Of a stretch of DNA of 64,000 bases, positions 21,353 through 32,114 are shown piece after piece. The notes beneath the pieces are model-generated. The model searched no databases and was not told where the DNA came from. It saw only the letters and a list, made by a program, of their open reading frames with translations. Within the stretch, counting starts at the first letter, position 1, and each line of letters opens with the position of its first letter. Position numbers and translations under genes: made by a program. This DNA comes from a phage. The DNA lies in the sequence record PQ536907.1; one strand, given 5' to 3'.

Positions 21353-22531
21353 TTAAAAGTATTTTTTAAAACTCATCATAACTTTATCATCAACATCATT
21401 ATCAATCTGCGCTACAAGGTAAGATGACAGTTCTACTTCTTGCGGCGCGGATTGAACATTATCAGAATTAAGGTATTCACGAATCCAAGGATATGGATGT
21501 TTAACCGGAGCATCGGTAATTGGGCATGGAAGACCACACTGTTTCATACGAGATACAGTTAAGTAATCAATAAAGCTCCACATGCTATTTGTATTTAATC
21601 CAGGAACATCGCCATTTTTAAATAAATGAACTGCCCAATCTTTTTCTTGGCGGTTAACTTCCATGAAAATATCAACTGCTTCTTGTTCACACTCTTTGGC
21701 AATTTTAACCCATTCATCACCATCCGTGCCAAGTTGAAGTTGACGAATAATATATTGTGTACCTTTAAGATGAAGCTGCTCATCACGTGCAATGAACTTC
21801 ATAATCTTGGCATTACCTTCCATGATTTCCATGTTCTTATGGAAGTTAAAGGTACATGCGAAAGATACATAAAAACGAATAGCTTCCAATGCGTTGATTA
21901 CGTGTAGGCAGAGGTAAAGAGAGCGCATTAGTTCACGTTTCCAATACATTTCATGCTCTATGGCATCTTTAATATCATCTTCGTCTGCATTAATTTCTTT
22001 TTGGTATTCGATATCAGCTTTAGCGTTTTCCCAATAACGAGTTTTAATCAGAACATCATCATAATAGCGTCCAATAGATTCGGCTCGTTTCATGATTGCT
22101 TCATCTAATACAATCTCATCAAATACCTTTGACGGATCAGTATAAAGATTTCGCATGATATGTGTATATGAACGACTGTGAATAGTTTCACTAAAAGTCC
22201 ATGTAGCAACCCATGTATCAAGACTTGGGTCTGAAATTAACGACATAAGTACAGCAGACGGTGCACGACCCTGAATGCTATCTAGAAGTGATTGATACTT
22301 CAGGTTATTAGTAAAAATATCTTGCTGATATTGAGGAAGCTTGTTAAATTGCGCAGCATCCATCATTAAGTTTACTTCTTCAGGACGCCAGAAAAATGAC
22401 AACTGCTTTTCGGTTAAATCTTCAAAAACTTTATGACGTTGAATATCATAACGCGCAATACCAAGGCCTGAACCAAAAAACATAGGTTCTTTTAAAACAT
22501 CAACTGGATTTGTATTAAAAACTGTGCTCAT
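21353..22531 (-). CDS. nrdB: Ribonucleotide reductase small subunit (uninterrupted)
   Basis: 392 aa continuous ORF with a ferritin-like diiron pattern; no intron interruption. Confidence 0.9.
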   Translation of the reverse strand: MSTVFNTNPVDVLKEPMFFGSGLGIARYDIQRHKVFEDLTEKQLSFFWRPEEVNLMMDAAQFNKLPQYQQDIFTNNLKYQSLLDSIQGRAPSAVLMSLISDPSLDTWVATWTFSETIHSRSYTHIMRNLYTDPSKVFDEIVLDEAIMKRAESIGRYYDDVLIKTRYWENAKADIEYQKEINADEDDIKDAIEHEMYWKRELMRSLYLCLHVINALEAIRFYVSFACTFNFHKNMEIMEGNAKIMKFIARDEQLHLKGTQYIIRQLQLGTDGDEWVKIAKECEQEAVDIFMEVNRQEKDWAVHLFKNGDVPGLNTNSMWSFIDYLTVSRMKQCGLPCPITDAPVKHPYPWIREYLNSDNVQSAPQEVELSSYLVAQIDNDVDDKVMMSFKKYF

Positions 22532-22582
22532 AAATTTTCCACTTAGTTAATAGATAGTGACTCGTCCATGAGTCAAATTATA

Positions 22583-24847
22583 TCATAATTTACAGGATGA
22601 ACAATCTTCAGCTTTTGGAGTTTCTATTTCATAATCATCAGTACCAGAACCATCGCGGGTATTATGATAATAGAAATTTTTTCCGCCAAAATACCAAAAA
22701 TACAAAAGGTCATCAATCATTATTGACATTGGAACCTTTCCTTTTGGAAAAATCTGCGGGTCATAATATGTATTCGCCGAAGCTGATTGACAAACCCATT
22801 TCAGCATAATAGCTACCTGCGTAAGATAAGGTTTATTACCTTTCTTAGCTAATTTCCATGTATAATCATAGAGGTCTATGTTATGCTCAATATTGGGCAC
22901 GACTTGATTAAAGGAGCCCTCTTTTGATTCTTTAACAGAGACTGGTCCACGTGGAGGCTCGATACCGTTTGTACTGTTAGAAACTTGGGAAGATGACTCA
23001 CATGGCATAAGTGCTGATAATGTGCTATTACGGATGCCAAAGAGCTTAAGGTCTTCCCGCAGCGACGACCAGTCACAAACGTATTTTGGAGCTGCGATTT
23101 GGTCAATCTTTTTATTGTACCAGTCGATAGGTAATTCGCCTCGAGACCAACGAGTGTCTGAATAATATTCGCAAGGTCCTTTTTCTTTGGCGAGCTTAAT
23201 GGATGCTTTAATGAGTCCATACTGTAATCTCTCAAATAGTTCATGTGTTAAATCGTTAGCATCTTCATAAGAAGCAAAGTTACTTGCCAGCCAAGCTGCA
23301 TAGTTAGTAACACCTACACCAAGGTTTCGACGCTTTTTAGCTTTTTCTGCTTCAGGAACTGGATATCCTTGGTAATCCAAAAGATTATCAAGAGCACGAA
23401 CTTGAACTTCTGCCAATTCATTAATTTTATCTTGGTCTTGCCAATCGAAGTTATCCAGCACAAATGCAGATAACGTGCACAATCCAATTTCAGCATCGGG
23501 GCTATTCACATCATTTGTTGGAATAGCAATTTCACAGCACAAGTTACTCTGACGAATAGGTGCCTTTTCACGAATAAATGGAGTATAGTTATTCGTATTA
23601 TCAATGAACTGTACATAAATCCTTGCTGTTCCTGAGCGTTCAGTCATGAGCAATTCAAATAGTTCACGGGCTTTAATACGCTTTTTACGAATATTAGGGT
23701 CTTTTTCTGCTGCTTCGTATAATTCACGGAAACGGTCTTGGTCTTTAAAATAAGAATAATAAAGCTCGCCACCCATTTCATGCGGACTGAACAAAGTAAT
23801 GTAATCGTTCTTTCCGAATCGTTCCATCATCAAATCATTCAGCTGAACACCATAATCCATATGACGAATGCGGTTTTCTTCTACGCCTTTGTTATTTTTC
23901 AAAACGAGAAGATTTTCAACTTCCAAATGCCAAATAGGATAATAAGCAGTAGCAGCGCCGCCACGAATTCCACCCTGTGAACATGATTTAACTGCAGTCT
24001 GAAAATGTTTCCAAAAAGGAATAACACCGGTATGGCGTACTTCACCCATGCCAATCTTAGAACCTTCAGCACGAATCATACCAACGTTAATACCAATTCC
24101 AGCGCGTTTAGAGATATATTCAACAATTGAAGCGGAAGCCTTATTGATAGACTTTAATGAATCACCTGCCTCAATAACAACGCATGAACTAAACTGTCGA
24201 GTCGGAGTACGGCAACCAGCCATAATAGGAGTTGGCAATGAAATCTGTCGAGTAGATACTGCTTCATAAAAACGGATAACATGTTTTAGTCTATCAACAG
24301 GTTCATCTTGATGCAGTGCCATTCCAATAGTCATAAATGCAAACTGTGGAGTTTCATAAATTTGACCGGTGGTTTTATCTTTAACTAGATATTTTTCTTT
24401 TAATTGCATCGCCCCGGAATAAGTAAATTCCATATCCCGCTCGTGCTTAATTTTTGATTCTAAAAATGTAATTTCTTCTGCTGAATATTTTGACAATAAT
24501 TCAGGGTCATATTTACCTGCATTTACACAATAAGAAATATGGTCAATAAATGAACGCGGTTCATACTGCCCATAAACATGCTTACGAAGAGCGAACATTA
24601 GACAACGTGCAGCTACATATTGATAATCAGGCTCTTCAACCGAAATAGAATTCGCAGCGGCCTTAATGACAATAGTCTGAATATCATCAGTTGTCATTCC
24701 ATCACGGAGATAAGATTTAATATTTTCATATAATTCATAAGGATCTACTGATGTTCCTTCAGCTGCCCAAGATAAAACTTTAATAATTTTTTGTGGGTCA
24801 AAGCTCTGAGAAACACCACTACTTTTGATAACATTGATTAATTGCAT
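22583..24847 (-). CDS. nrdA: Ribonucleotide reductase large subunit
   Basis: 754 aa; class I RNR catalytic-subunit length and organisation; synteny nrdB-nrdA-td. Confidence 0.92.
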   Translation of the reverse strand: MQLINVIKSSGVSQSFDPQKIIKVLSWAAEGTSVDPYELYENIKSYLRDGMTTDDIQTIVIKAAANSISVEEPDYQYVAARCLMFALRKHVYGQYEPRSFIDHISYCVNAGKYDPELLSKYSAEEITFLESKIKHERDMEFTYSGAMQLKEKYLVKDKTTGQIYETPQFAFMTIGMALHQDEPVDRLKHVIRFYEAVSTRQISLPTPIMAGCRTPTRQFSSCVVIEAGDSLKSINKASASIVEYISKRAGIGINVGMIRAEGSKIGMGEVRHTGVIPFWKHFQTAVKSCSQGGIRGGAATAYYPIWHLEVENLLVLKNNKGVEENRIRHMDYGVQLNDLMMERFGKNDYITLFSPHEMGGELYYSYFKDQDRFRELYEAAEKDPNIRKKRIKARELFELLMTERSGTARIYVQFIDNTNNYTPFIREKAPIRQSNLCCEIAIPTNDVNSPDAEIGLCTLSAFVLDNFDWQDQDKINELAEVQVRALDNLLDYQGYPVPEAEKAKKRRNLGVGVTNYAAWLASNFASYEDANDLTHELFERLQYGLIKASIKLAKEKGPCEYYSDTRWSRGELPIDWYNKKIDQIAAPKYVCDWSSLREDLKLFGIRNSTLSALMPCESSSQVSNSTNGIEPPRGPVSVKESKEGSFNQVVPNIEHNIDLYDYTWKLAKKGNKPYLTQVAIMLKWVCQSASANTYYDPQIFPKGKVPMSIMIDDLLYFWYFGGKNFYYHNTRDGSGTDDYEIETPKAEDCSSCKL

Positions 24848-25164
24848 AAGTCCTCAACTTGAAAATCGTCTTTAAACAATCGGTTAACTATATGAGCTAT
24901 TATATCACCATGACACGGCTTTGGTTTACATGTGCATCCTAGCCTCATTCCACGTAAAGGCTCTAAATGTGCTTTAGTTATTTCTCCGGATTTAATTCGA
25001 CGTATAAAATCTTTTTTGAATAATTCAATGGCAGCCTCCCGGCTGCCAGCATCTTTACCGACGTAATTTCCCCAAAATGTACCACGGTGAATATTAACAT
25101 CAAAGTCGGATTTGTATTTATTCACTACCCGGCATAGACGGCCCGGTTGGTAATAATTCTTCAT
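24838..25164 (-). CDS. Hypothetical Cys/His-containing protein (nrdA.1-like, 108 aa)
   Basis: ORF with [11 protein letters not shown] motif; between td and nrdA. Confidence 0.5.
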   Translation of the reverse strand: MKNYYQPGRLCRVVNKYKSDFDVNIHRGTFWGNYVGKDAGSREAAIELFKKDFIRRIKSGEITKAHLEPLRGMRLGCTCKPKPCHGDIIAHIVNRLFKDDFQVEDLCN

Positions 25165-25381
25165 ATTGTTTTTCCGTTAAAACAGTAATATCGTAGTAAC
25201 AGTCAGAAGAAGTTTTAACTGTGGAAATTTTATTGTCAAAATACTCACGAGTCATTTTATGAGTATAGTATTTTTTACCATAAATGGTAATAGGCTGTTC
25301 TGGTCCTGGAACTTCTAACTCGCTTGGGTTAGGAAGTGTAAAAAGAACGACACCAGAAGTATCTTTAAATCGTAAAATCAT
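25118..25381 (-). CDS. Hypothetical protein (nrdA.2-like, 87 aa)
   Basis: ORF overlapping the td stop and the next ORF by 47 nt. Confidence 0.4.
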   Translation of the reverse strand: MILRFKDTSGVVLFTLPNPSELEVPGPEQPITIYGKKYYTHKMTREYFDNKISTVKTSSDCYYDITVLTEKQYEELLPTGPSMPGSE

Positions 25382-26238
25382 ATTGCCATTTTCCCTTTAA
25401 TTGCTGGATGCGATTCATAATTTTCAAGGATAAAATCTTTCGGTTTCATGTATTCAGTTAACCAGTAAAGCTGTGTTTCGGTGTCACAATTTCCAAACTC
25501 TATAGGCCAATCAATTTTAAGTTCACACAGTTCTTTAGGCTCACGACGTAAAATTTCTTTACATTGCTCAGTATGATTCATATAGATGTGAGTATTACCA
25601 CCAGAAAATATCAAATCTCCTGGGATAAGATTACACATCTTAGCCACAATATGCGTCAAGGCAGCGTACGAGGCAATGTTGAATGGCAAGCCCAAGAAAA
25701 CATCTACACTTCTTTGGTACCATTGTAAATCAAGATAACCATTACGCACATTAAACTGATAGAACATATGACAGGGCGGTAATGCCATTTGATTGGTTTC
25801 AGCTGGATTCCATGCTGAAACGATTTGACGTCGATCAGTTGGTAATTTTTTAATACGATCAATAGTTTCAACTAATTGATCCACACCACCGAAATCACGC
25901 CATTGTTTACCGTATATAGGACCAAGTTCACCACTATGATATCCTAGGTCTTTAGCCTGGTTTTCATAGTTATCGTCCCAAATAGTTTTACCTTGAATAA
26001 GACTACCATGAGTGCGAAGACGTAAATCATTAACATTGGTAGAACCGGAAATAAACCATAGAAGCTCAGCAATACATGCATTCCACGCAAGCTTCTTAGT
26101 TGTTACCGCAGGAAAACCTTTAGTTAAATCCCAGCGTAATTTAGTACCGAACAAAGCAATTGTTCCTGTGCCTGTTCGGTCATCGGTTTCATAACCATTT
26201 TCAAAAATGTCTTTAATTAAATCTTGGTATTGTTTCAT
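25378..26238 (-). CDS. td: Thymidylate synthase (uninterrupted)
   Basis: 286 aa continuous ORF; N-terminus [26 protein letters not shown] matches T4 TS as I recall it; no intron. Confidence 0.93.
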   Translation of the reverse strand: MKQYQDLIKDIFENGYETDDRTGTGTIALFGTKLRWDLTKGFPAVTTKKLAWNACIAELLWFISGSTNVNDLRLRTHGSLIQGKTIWDDNYENQAKDLGYHSGELGPIYGKQWRDFGGVDQLVETIDRIKKLPTDRRQIVSAWNPAETNQMALPPCHMFYQFNVRNGYLDLQWYQRSVDVFLGLPFNIASYAALTHIVAKMCNLIPGDLIFSGGNTHIYMNHTEQCKEILRREPKELCELKIDWPIEFGNCDTETQLYWLTEYMKPKDFILENYESHPAIKGKMAI

Positions 26239-26282
26239 TTAGTACCTTATATAAATTATAATACATTTTATGAAGCTAATAA

Positions 26283-26630
26283 TCAATACGGTTTAGCATC
26301 AAATTTTCTCTCAATTTCAGGCGTGAAATATAATTCTTTACCGCGTTTGGAAAAGCGACCAATAATATGATAATTATTCTCATCAAACGTGATATTACCA
26401 ATATCCATAGCTTTCAACCAAATATCGATATTTCTATCCAGCTTTATGTCAAAATTCCAATACGGAGAACTATTACCGAAAATACTACAAGCGGATTCAG
26501 TGAAACAGCTACTATAAATCTTGTCTTTAGGAACTACTAATTGGTAGACACCTTTAATAAACTGAGGACCTTGCCATTTTGGCTGTTTCTCGTCTTTTTC
26601 TAACAGAATAGGGTAATAATTAAAATTCAT
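26283..26630 (-). CDS. Hypothetical protein (115 aa) between frd and td
   Basis: ORF with ATG start 19 nt downstream of the frd stop; no motif I recognise. Confidence 0.5.
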   Translation of the reverse strand: MNFNYYPILLEKDEKQPKWQGPQFIKGVYQLVVPKDKIYSSCFTESACSIFGNSSPYWNFDIKLDRNIDIWLKAMDIGNITFDENNYHIIGRFSKRGKELYFTPEIERKFDAKPY

Positions 26631-26649
26631 ATTTCCGCCACGCGTTATT

Positions 26650-27470
<821 letters not shown>

Positions 27471-27479
27471 TATATTTCC

Positions 27480-27722
27480 TCAAACAGACTTTTTCACAAT
27501 TTTCCAATCAGATTTAAACTGGTCGACGTCAGAATGGTAAATCCAAAATCCTGCGCTTTCTCCGTCTTCATAAAGAGGGCACCCATCACATTCATCTTCC
27601 CATCCCATGCCACGTAAAAGGTGTTCAGCTTTTTCAACAAGTTCAGAATCTTTACCGATGATATTAAAATACCATTTACCTCTAACTTCCGAATCTTTGA
27701 TGCTCTGACGTTGTAATCTCAT
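27480..27722 (-). CDS. Hypothetical protein (80 aa)
   Basis: ORF. Confidence 0.45.
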   Translation of the reverse strand: MRLQRQSIKDSEVRGKWYFNIIGKDSELVEKAEHLLRGMGWEDECDGCPLYEDGESAGFWIYHSDVDQFKSDWKIVKKSV

Positions 27723-27780
27723 TTTATTCTCCTCAAGTTGATAAGGCTATAGTATCATTACCATAGCCCGTTGTAAACAA

Positions 27781-28041
27781 TTATTTTTGAATTTTATCGA
27801 GCCACTTACCAAGCTTAATCATTTCTTTAGTAGCCTTTTCCATACTTCTGAACTTGACCAATAGAGGATAGGTATCGACACCCATAACTAAACTGGTTAC
27901 AAGACTGTGTTCACCCACAAGCCATAACGAATACGTTTGAATATCGAGCCCGTAATTTCTGTCTTTATGGACCCGTACACCCATCACTTCAAATTTCTCA
28001 CTAGCTTTTTCTACCGCATCCAGGAAATCATCTTTAGTCAT
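27781..28041 (-). CDS. Hypothetical protein (about 86 aa)
   Basis: Track ORF trimmed to the internal Met, which sits 1 nt after the upstream ORF stop. Confidence 0.45.
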   Translation of the reverse strand: MTKDDFLDAVEKASEKFEVMGVRVHKDRNYGLDIQTYSLWLVGEHSLVTSLVMGVDTYPLLVKFRSMEKATKEMIKLGKWLDKIQK

Positions 28042-28042
28042 A

Positions 28043-28423
28043 TTAGGCCTTAAAAGTTTTTCGCAAAAGTTCAATGATTTCATCTACATTGTTTTCGTCA
28101 ACAATGCAGTGAATTTTTGTTACGCCAGAAACCTTGTCTTTGACTTCATCTTCTTCAGAAGTCGGTTCTTTATACTCACGAAAACAATGAAATTCATCTT
28201 CGCAAATTTCTAAAAGTCTATCTTTGAGGTAAAAATGCTTTCCATTTGCGCATTCAATGTGTTTTACTGCTTTATATCCATTAGCGACGGAAACTTCTTT
28301 AACTTCAAACCATCCGCCATTCTCTCGAATGGCTTTAACTATTGATGAATTAGAACGTGGGCTATAATTAATAAATGTATCAATAAGTCTTGGAACAAGT
28401 TCATACTTTTTACCGGTATACAT
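28043..28423 (-). CDS. Hypothetical protein (126 aa)
   Basis: ORF; GC hairpin aggggcttgatagcccct just upstream of its ribosome-binding site. Confidence 0.5.
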   Translation of the reverse strand: MYTGKKYELVPRLIDTFINYSPRSNSSIVKAIRENGGWFEVKEVSVANGYKAVKHIECANGKHFYLKDRLLEICEDEFHCFREYKEPTSEEDEVKDKVSGVTKIHCIVDENNVDEIIELLRKTFKA

Positions 28424-28467
28424 TACGGTTTCCTCATTTTAATAGGGGCTTGATAGCCCCTTGATAA

Positions 28468-28695
28468 TTATTGTTCAATCAGTCCCATGTAAAATTCTGC
28501 GTCTTCAGAATCCATACCATCACAATATTCATTAGCCATAAAGCGGGTGAGGTCTTCAAGAGGACCTTCAATAACGATTTGAATACTCCAAAACTTAGAA
28601 TCTTGCACGCTTGTGATACTAAGTTCAGGATAACGATTACGAATAATTTCTTCGATATATTCAAAATCAACGATGTCAATATCAACTTTAGCCAT
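28468..28695 (-). CDS. Hypothetical acidic protein (about 75 aa)
   Basis: Track ORF (non-ATG start) trimmed to the internal ATG with an AAAGAGGAAAAT ribosome-binding site; early-type promoter upstream. Confidence 0.5.
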   Translation of the reverse strand: MAKVDIDIVDFEYIEEIIRNRYPELSITSVQDSKFWSIQIVIEGPLEDLTRFMANEYCDGMDSEDAEFYMGLIEQ

Positions 28696-28789
28696 ATTAT
28701 TTTCCTCTTTAATCATCAGCAGTATTGCCGATAGTTGTATAGTACCATGGAAGGACAAGGATGTAAACCGTTTTGTGAAAAAATTTTTG

Positions 28790-28818
28790 AAATAAAAAAG
28801 GGGACCCTAGAGGTCCCC
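28790..28818 (-). terminator. Rho-independent terminator downstream of gene 32
   Basis: On the - strand: stem ggggacc...ggtcccc followed by a T7 run; immediately followed by an early-type promoter. Confidence 0.6.
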
Positions 28819-28840
28819 AATTAATTAGTAATATAATCTA

Positions 28841-29749
28841 TTAAAGGTCATTCAAAAGGTCATCTAGGTCCGTGTCATCAGCACTAGATGAACTGCCAGA
28901 GCTTGAGCTCATAAAATCATCTTCAGTTTTTGTATTGAAGTCATCAACATTGAATGCATCCAAATCATCAGCAACTTTATCAGCTTTCTTAGCAGCAGTT
29001 GCAGCGGCACCGCCCATCACAGCAGTTCCCATGACTTGACCGAATTTAGTGCTCAGTTCTTCAAACGATTTGAATTTATCTTTAGAAGTCATTTCAGAAA
29101 GGTCAACCATTTGTTCGAACAGTTCTTTCTGGAAAGATTCATCGTCAATGTTTGGAATCGCAGATTGATTTAGGAATTTAGATTCATCGTAGTTACTAAA
29201 TCCAGAAACCTGTTTAACTTTCAGTACAAAGTTAGCACCTTCCCACGGACAAGTTACATCAACTGGAGTTTCACCCATTTCAACATCAACCGCAATCATC
29301 GCGTTGATTTTATCCCAGATTTTCTTACCGAAACGATATTTAAATACTTTACCTTCATTTTCTGGAGCAGCTGGGTCTTTTACAACAAGAATGTTAGCCC
29401 AGTAAGAAGTTTTACGTTTAACAAGACTGTACTCTTTATTGTCAGTGTTGTACAGATCATTTTTACTGATGTACTGACATACTGGGCAAGAATCGTAATC
29501 ACCGTGGGTAGATGAACAGTTTTCAATATACCATTTACCATTTTTCTTGAAACCGTGATTTACAAGAATTGCGAATGGTGCTTGTTCATCATTTTTAGAC
29601 GGAAGAAAACGAATTACTGCTTGACCGTTACCCGCATTGTCGAGTTTCAGTTTCCACTCGCCTTTATCTTCAGAAGAAAAACCACCTTTATTTCCAGCCA
29701 GTTTAGCCATTTGTGCAGCGAGTTCAGCAGTAGATTTACGTTTAAACAT
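28841..29749 (-). CDS. 32: Single-stranded DNA-binding protein gp32
   Basis: 302 aa; sequence matches my recollection of T4 gp32 ([17 protein letters not shown]..., acidic C-terminal tail [12 protein letters not shown]). Confidence 0.96.
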   Translation of the reverse strand: MFKRKSTAELAAQMAKLAGNKGGFSSEDKGEWKLKLDNAGNGQAVIRFLPSKNDEQAPFAILVNHGFKKNGKWYIENCSSTHGDYDSCPVCQYISKNDLYNTDNKEYSLVKRKTSYWANILVVKDPAAPENEGKVFKYRFGKKIWDKINAMIAVDVEMGETPVDVTCPWEGANFVLKVKQVSGFSNYDESKFLNQSAIPNIDDESFQKELFEQMVDLSEMTSKDKFKSFEELSTKFGQVMGTAVMGGAAATAAKKADKVADDLDAFNVDDFNTKTEDDFMSSSSGSSSSADDTDLDDLLNDL

Positions 29750-29848
29750 TTTTATTTCCTTTTTAATTTAATTAACAGTTGGTGCTATGACGATGTATGA
29801 CCTCATAGCTGGTCAGTGAGATAATTATAATCTATTTATAATAAGCAA

Positions 29849-30502
29849 TTAATACTTGCAAGATTTCACAGTTTCAATAAAAACTTTTTTAGCTTCCTGT
29901 GAATCAATATTTAAAATTTTTCTATAAGCCTTTAACTTTATAGAATAATTATTCCAGACTAAATTATCAGTCTGTTCATCATGTTTATCAATTATATTTA
30001 AAAACGAATCAAGCAAGATAAACGTTTCAAACGAAATTATGTTCGATTGCAGAAGTTTAAAAATATAACTTGACTGAACCTTTGGATTATATTCAAAGAT
30101 TTCTTTAAAAGCAGAAACTTCAACTTTTTTACTAAAATAATAAATGTTGCGAATATCTTCTTCAAACTTAAATTTAATTTGCTTTAAGCGTCCGATATAT
30201 TCACGATAAAACACAAGTGCATCAGCGTCAGAGATGTCACCAATCCAAGCATCTTGGTTAGCAACCAAATTACTTATAAAGATTAAAGCAAGTTCCTTTA
30301 ATTTATATTTTTCTGATAACTTCTGGAAAAAATACTTATCCCTTCGCTTTTGATAAGCGGCATCAGACACCCGCATGCACCAATTATACTTAATTACATC
30401 ATACTTTCCATTCATATGCTGTTTTATCATTAAGTATAATTTATAAACTGATTTACCATCAATATATCTTTCACCACCAGCAGGCATGCGGAGTTTAATC
30501 AT
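29849..30502 (-). CDS. 59: Helicase loader gp59
   Basis: 217 aa; position immediately upstream of gene 32 as in T4. Confidence 0.88.
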   Translation of the reverse strand: MIKLRMPAGGERYIDGKSVYKLYLMIKQHMNGKYDVIKYNWCMRVSDAAYQKRRDKYFFQKLSEKYKLKELALIFISNLVANQDAWIGDISDADALVFYREYIGRLKQIKFKFEEDIRNIYYFSKKVEVSAFKEIFEYNPKVQSSYIFKLLQSNIISFETFILLDSFLNIIDKHDEQTDNLVWNNYSIKLKAYRKILNIDSQEAKKVFIETVKSCKY

Positions 30503-30837
30503 AGCAGAAAGTCTAACGTATTCGTTTTTTCACATCTAACAACAGAAGGGCGTAAAAGATTTTCGTCAATAGCTTCTGACTGAATTTTTTCAATTATACC
30601 CGAAGGAATAAATTTAGCAAATTGAGTTTCAGGAATAGAGTTTTCTTCCAAGAATGCTGTCGTAGCTTCAAGATAACTCATTCCAAATTCTTCTACCATT
30701 TTTTCAATAATAAATCCATTTTCTTGGCGGTCAAGAAGCTTTGCAATTTCATCCTTTTCTTTCTTAATTGAAAGTTCTTTTTCTGAAAGCCCGGCCTCAT
30801 CGACCGGGCGAATATCATTTAGAGAAAACTGTGTCAT
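30499..30837 (-). CDS. 33: Late-transcription co-activator gp33
   Basis: 112 aa from the internal Met (MTQFSLNDIRPVDE...); synteny 59-33-dsbA. Confidence 0.85.
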   Translation of the reverse strand: MTQFSLNDIRPVDEAGLSEKELSIKKEKDEIAKLLDRQENGFIIEKMVEEFGMSYLEATTAFLEENSIPETQFAKFIPSGIIEKIQSEAIDENLLRPSVVRCEKTNTLDFLL

Positions 30838-31084
30838 AAAGTTCAACTACCTCTTCGGTTTCAGCTTCAAACACATCACGGTTATCTTTATGATATAGAG
30901 CCAAAAGACGATTAAACATCTTGCCATCAACACCAAGTTCATCTTTGGCACGAATTCGAATATCTTTAATCAATTCATTATAACCAGAAATTTTCAGTTT
31001 ATGATCAGATGCTTCTTTAATAAATTTAGCCAAATCTTCGCCATGGATAGCTTCATCAAATTCAACCATTTCTTTTTTAGCCAT
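30815..31084 (-). CDS. dsbA: dsDNA-binding protein DsbA (late transcription enhancer)
   Basis: 89 aa; position between rnh and gene 33. Confidence 0.8.
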   Translation of the reverse strand: MAKKEMVEFDEAIHGEDLAKFIKEASDHKLKISGYNELIKDIRIRAKDELGVDGKMFNRLLALYHKDNRDVFEAETEEVVELYDTVFSK

Positions 31085-31092
31085 TATTCACC

Positions 31093-32010
31093 TCAAAATT
31101 CATTAATGCTATTAGTTAATTTAGAAAGACCCGCTTTTACAAAATATGAATAAATTTTGCCACGCGGTGGTAATTTATATGAATTATAGTAATTCACAAT
31201 GTTTGAAGCAATATTATCAGGAATATAATCAAAATCAATTAGAACTAGATTTTCTTTATAACGATTATATTCAGATTCTGTGAGAAGCACCTTAGCTTGC
31301 TCACGGTCATTAGCAATAGCTTCAACGATTGAAGTTTTCATTGAAGGAGTTCGTTCACCTTCAACTTTGGTAAACCAAAAGTCAGATCGTACTTTAACTG
31401 AAGCAACGTTATCCTTTTTGTCGCCTTTAAGGATTTTAGTCATACAGTCAATTTCAGCAGAACCGCTTTTAATTTTAACCCATTTCTTGTGCATCGGTGA
31501 CCATTGCTTAACATTTGGGTATTTGTGAAGCTGTGTAAAGTCACCATCCGACGAAATGATTAAAATCTTATGTCCTTCTAAAGAGAACTTTTTAACAAGA
31601 ACAGCAATGTGGTCATCTGCTTCATACTTATCAATATCCATAACAATGTATGGCATATAAGCTTTCAATTCATCTATAACTTTATGACTGGATTCAAAAT
31701 AACCTTCCCAGTCCCAAGTCGATTCTTCTCGTGCTTTTCCACGGTTTTTCTTATAATAATAAGCGAAATCACGACGCCAGTATCCAGATTTCGCGTTATC
31801 AATACACAGTACAATTTTAGTGTATCCAAGCGTTTTTGCTTTTTTGACATTAAACTTAATTGAGTTCAATATCAAATGACGAACCATTGATAAATTAATT
31901 TTTTCTTTATCTGGGAAGTTTACTAAAGCAGTTGAAAGCGCAATTTGACTAAAGTCAATAAAGCAAATTCCTTCTTTGTAATCTTCATCCAGCATCATTT
32001 CTAAATCCAT
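31093..32010 (-). CDS. rnh: RNase H (5'-3' exonuclease, FEN-1 family)
   Basis: 305 aa from the internal Met (MDLEMMLDEDYKEG...); acidic FEN-type residues; divergent from gene 34. Confidence 0.9.
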   Translation of the reverse strand: MDLEMMLDEDYKEGICFIDFSQIALSTALVNFPDKEKINLSMVRHLILNSIKFNVKKAKTLGYTKIVLCIDNAKSGYWRRDFAYYYKKNRGKAREESTWDWEGYFESSHKVIDELKAYMPYIVMDIDKYEADDHIAVLVKKFSLEGHKILIISSDGDFTQLHKYPNVKQWSPMHKKWVKIKSGSAEIDCMTKILKGDKKDNVASVKVRSDFWFTKVEGERTPSMKTSIVEAIANDREQAKVLLTESEYNRYKENLVLIDFDYIPDNIASNIVNYYNSYKLPPRGKIYSYFVKAGLSKLTNSINEF

Positions 32011-32072
32011 ATGAACCTCGTTCAATTAGTGAGATTTCTATTATATACCATCCAAATCTTAAAGTAAACAAG

Positions 32073-32080
32073 TATAAATA
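32073..32080 (+). promoter_or_regulatory. Late promoter (TATAAATA) for gene 34
   Basis: Exact TATAAATA about 35 nt upstream of the gene 34 ATG. Confidence 0.7.
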
Positions 32081-32114
32081 CTTATTATTGAAAACACAAT
32101 AGGAGCCCGGGAGA

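Noticed and set aside
21353-26238. Possible group I introns or intron-encoded homing endonucleases in td and nrdB, as in T4
   Set aside because: Both genes are continuous ORFs of the expected full length, and no GIY-YIG or HNH ORF is inserted; introns appear absent.
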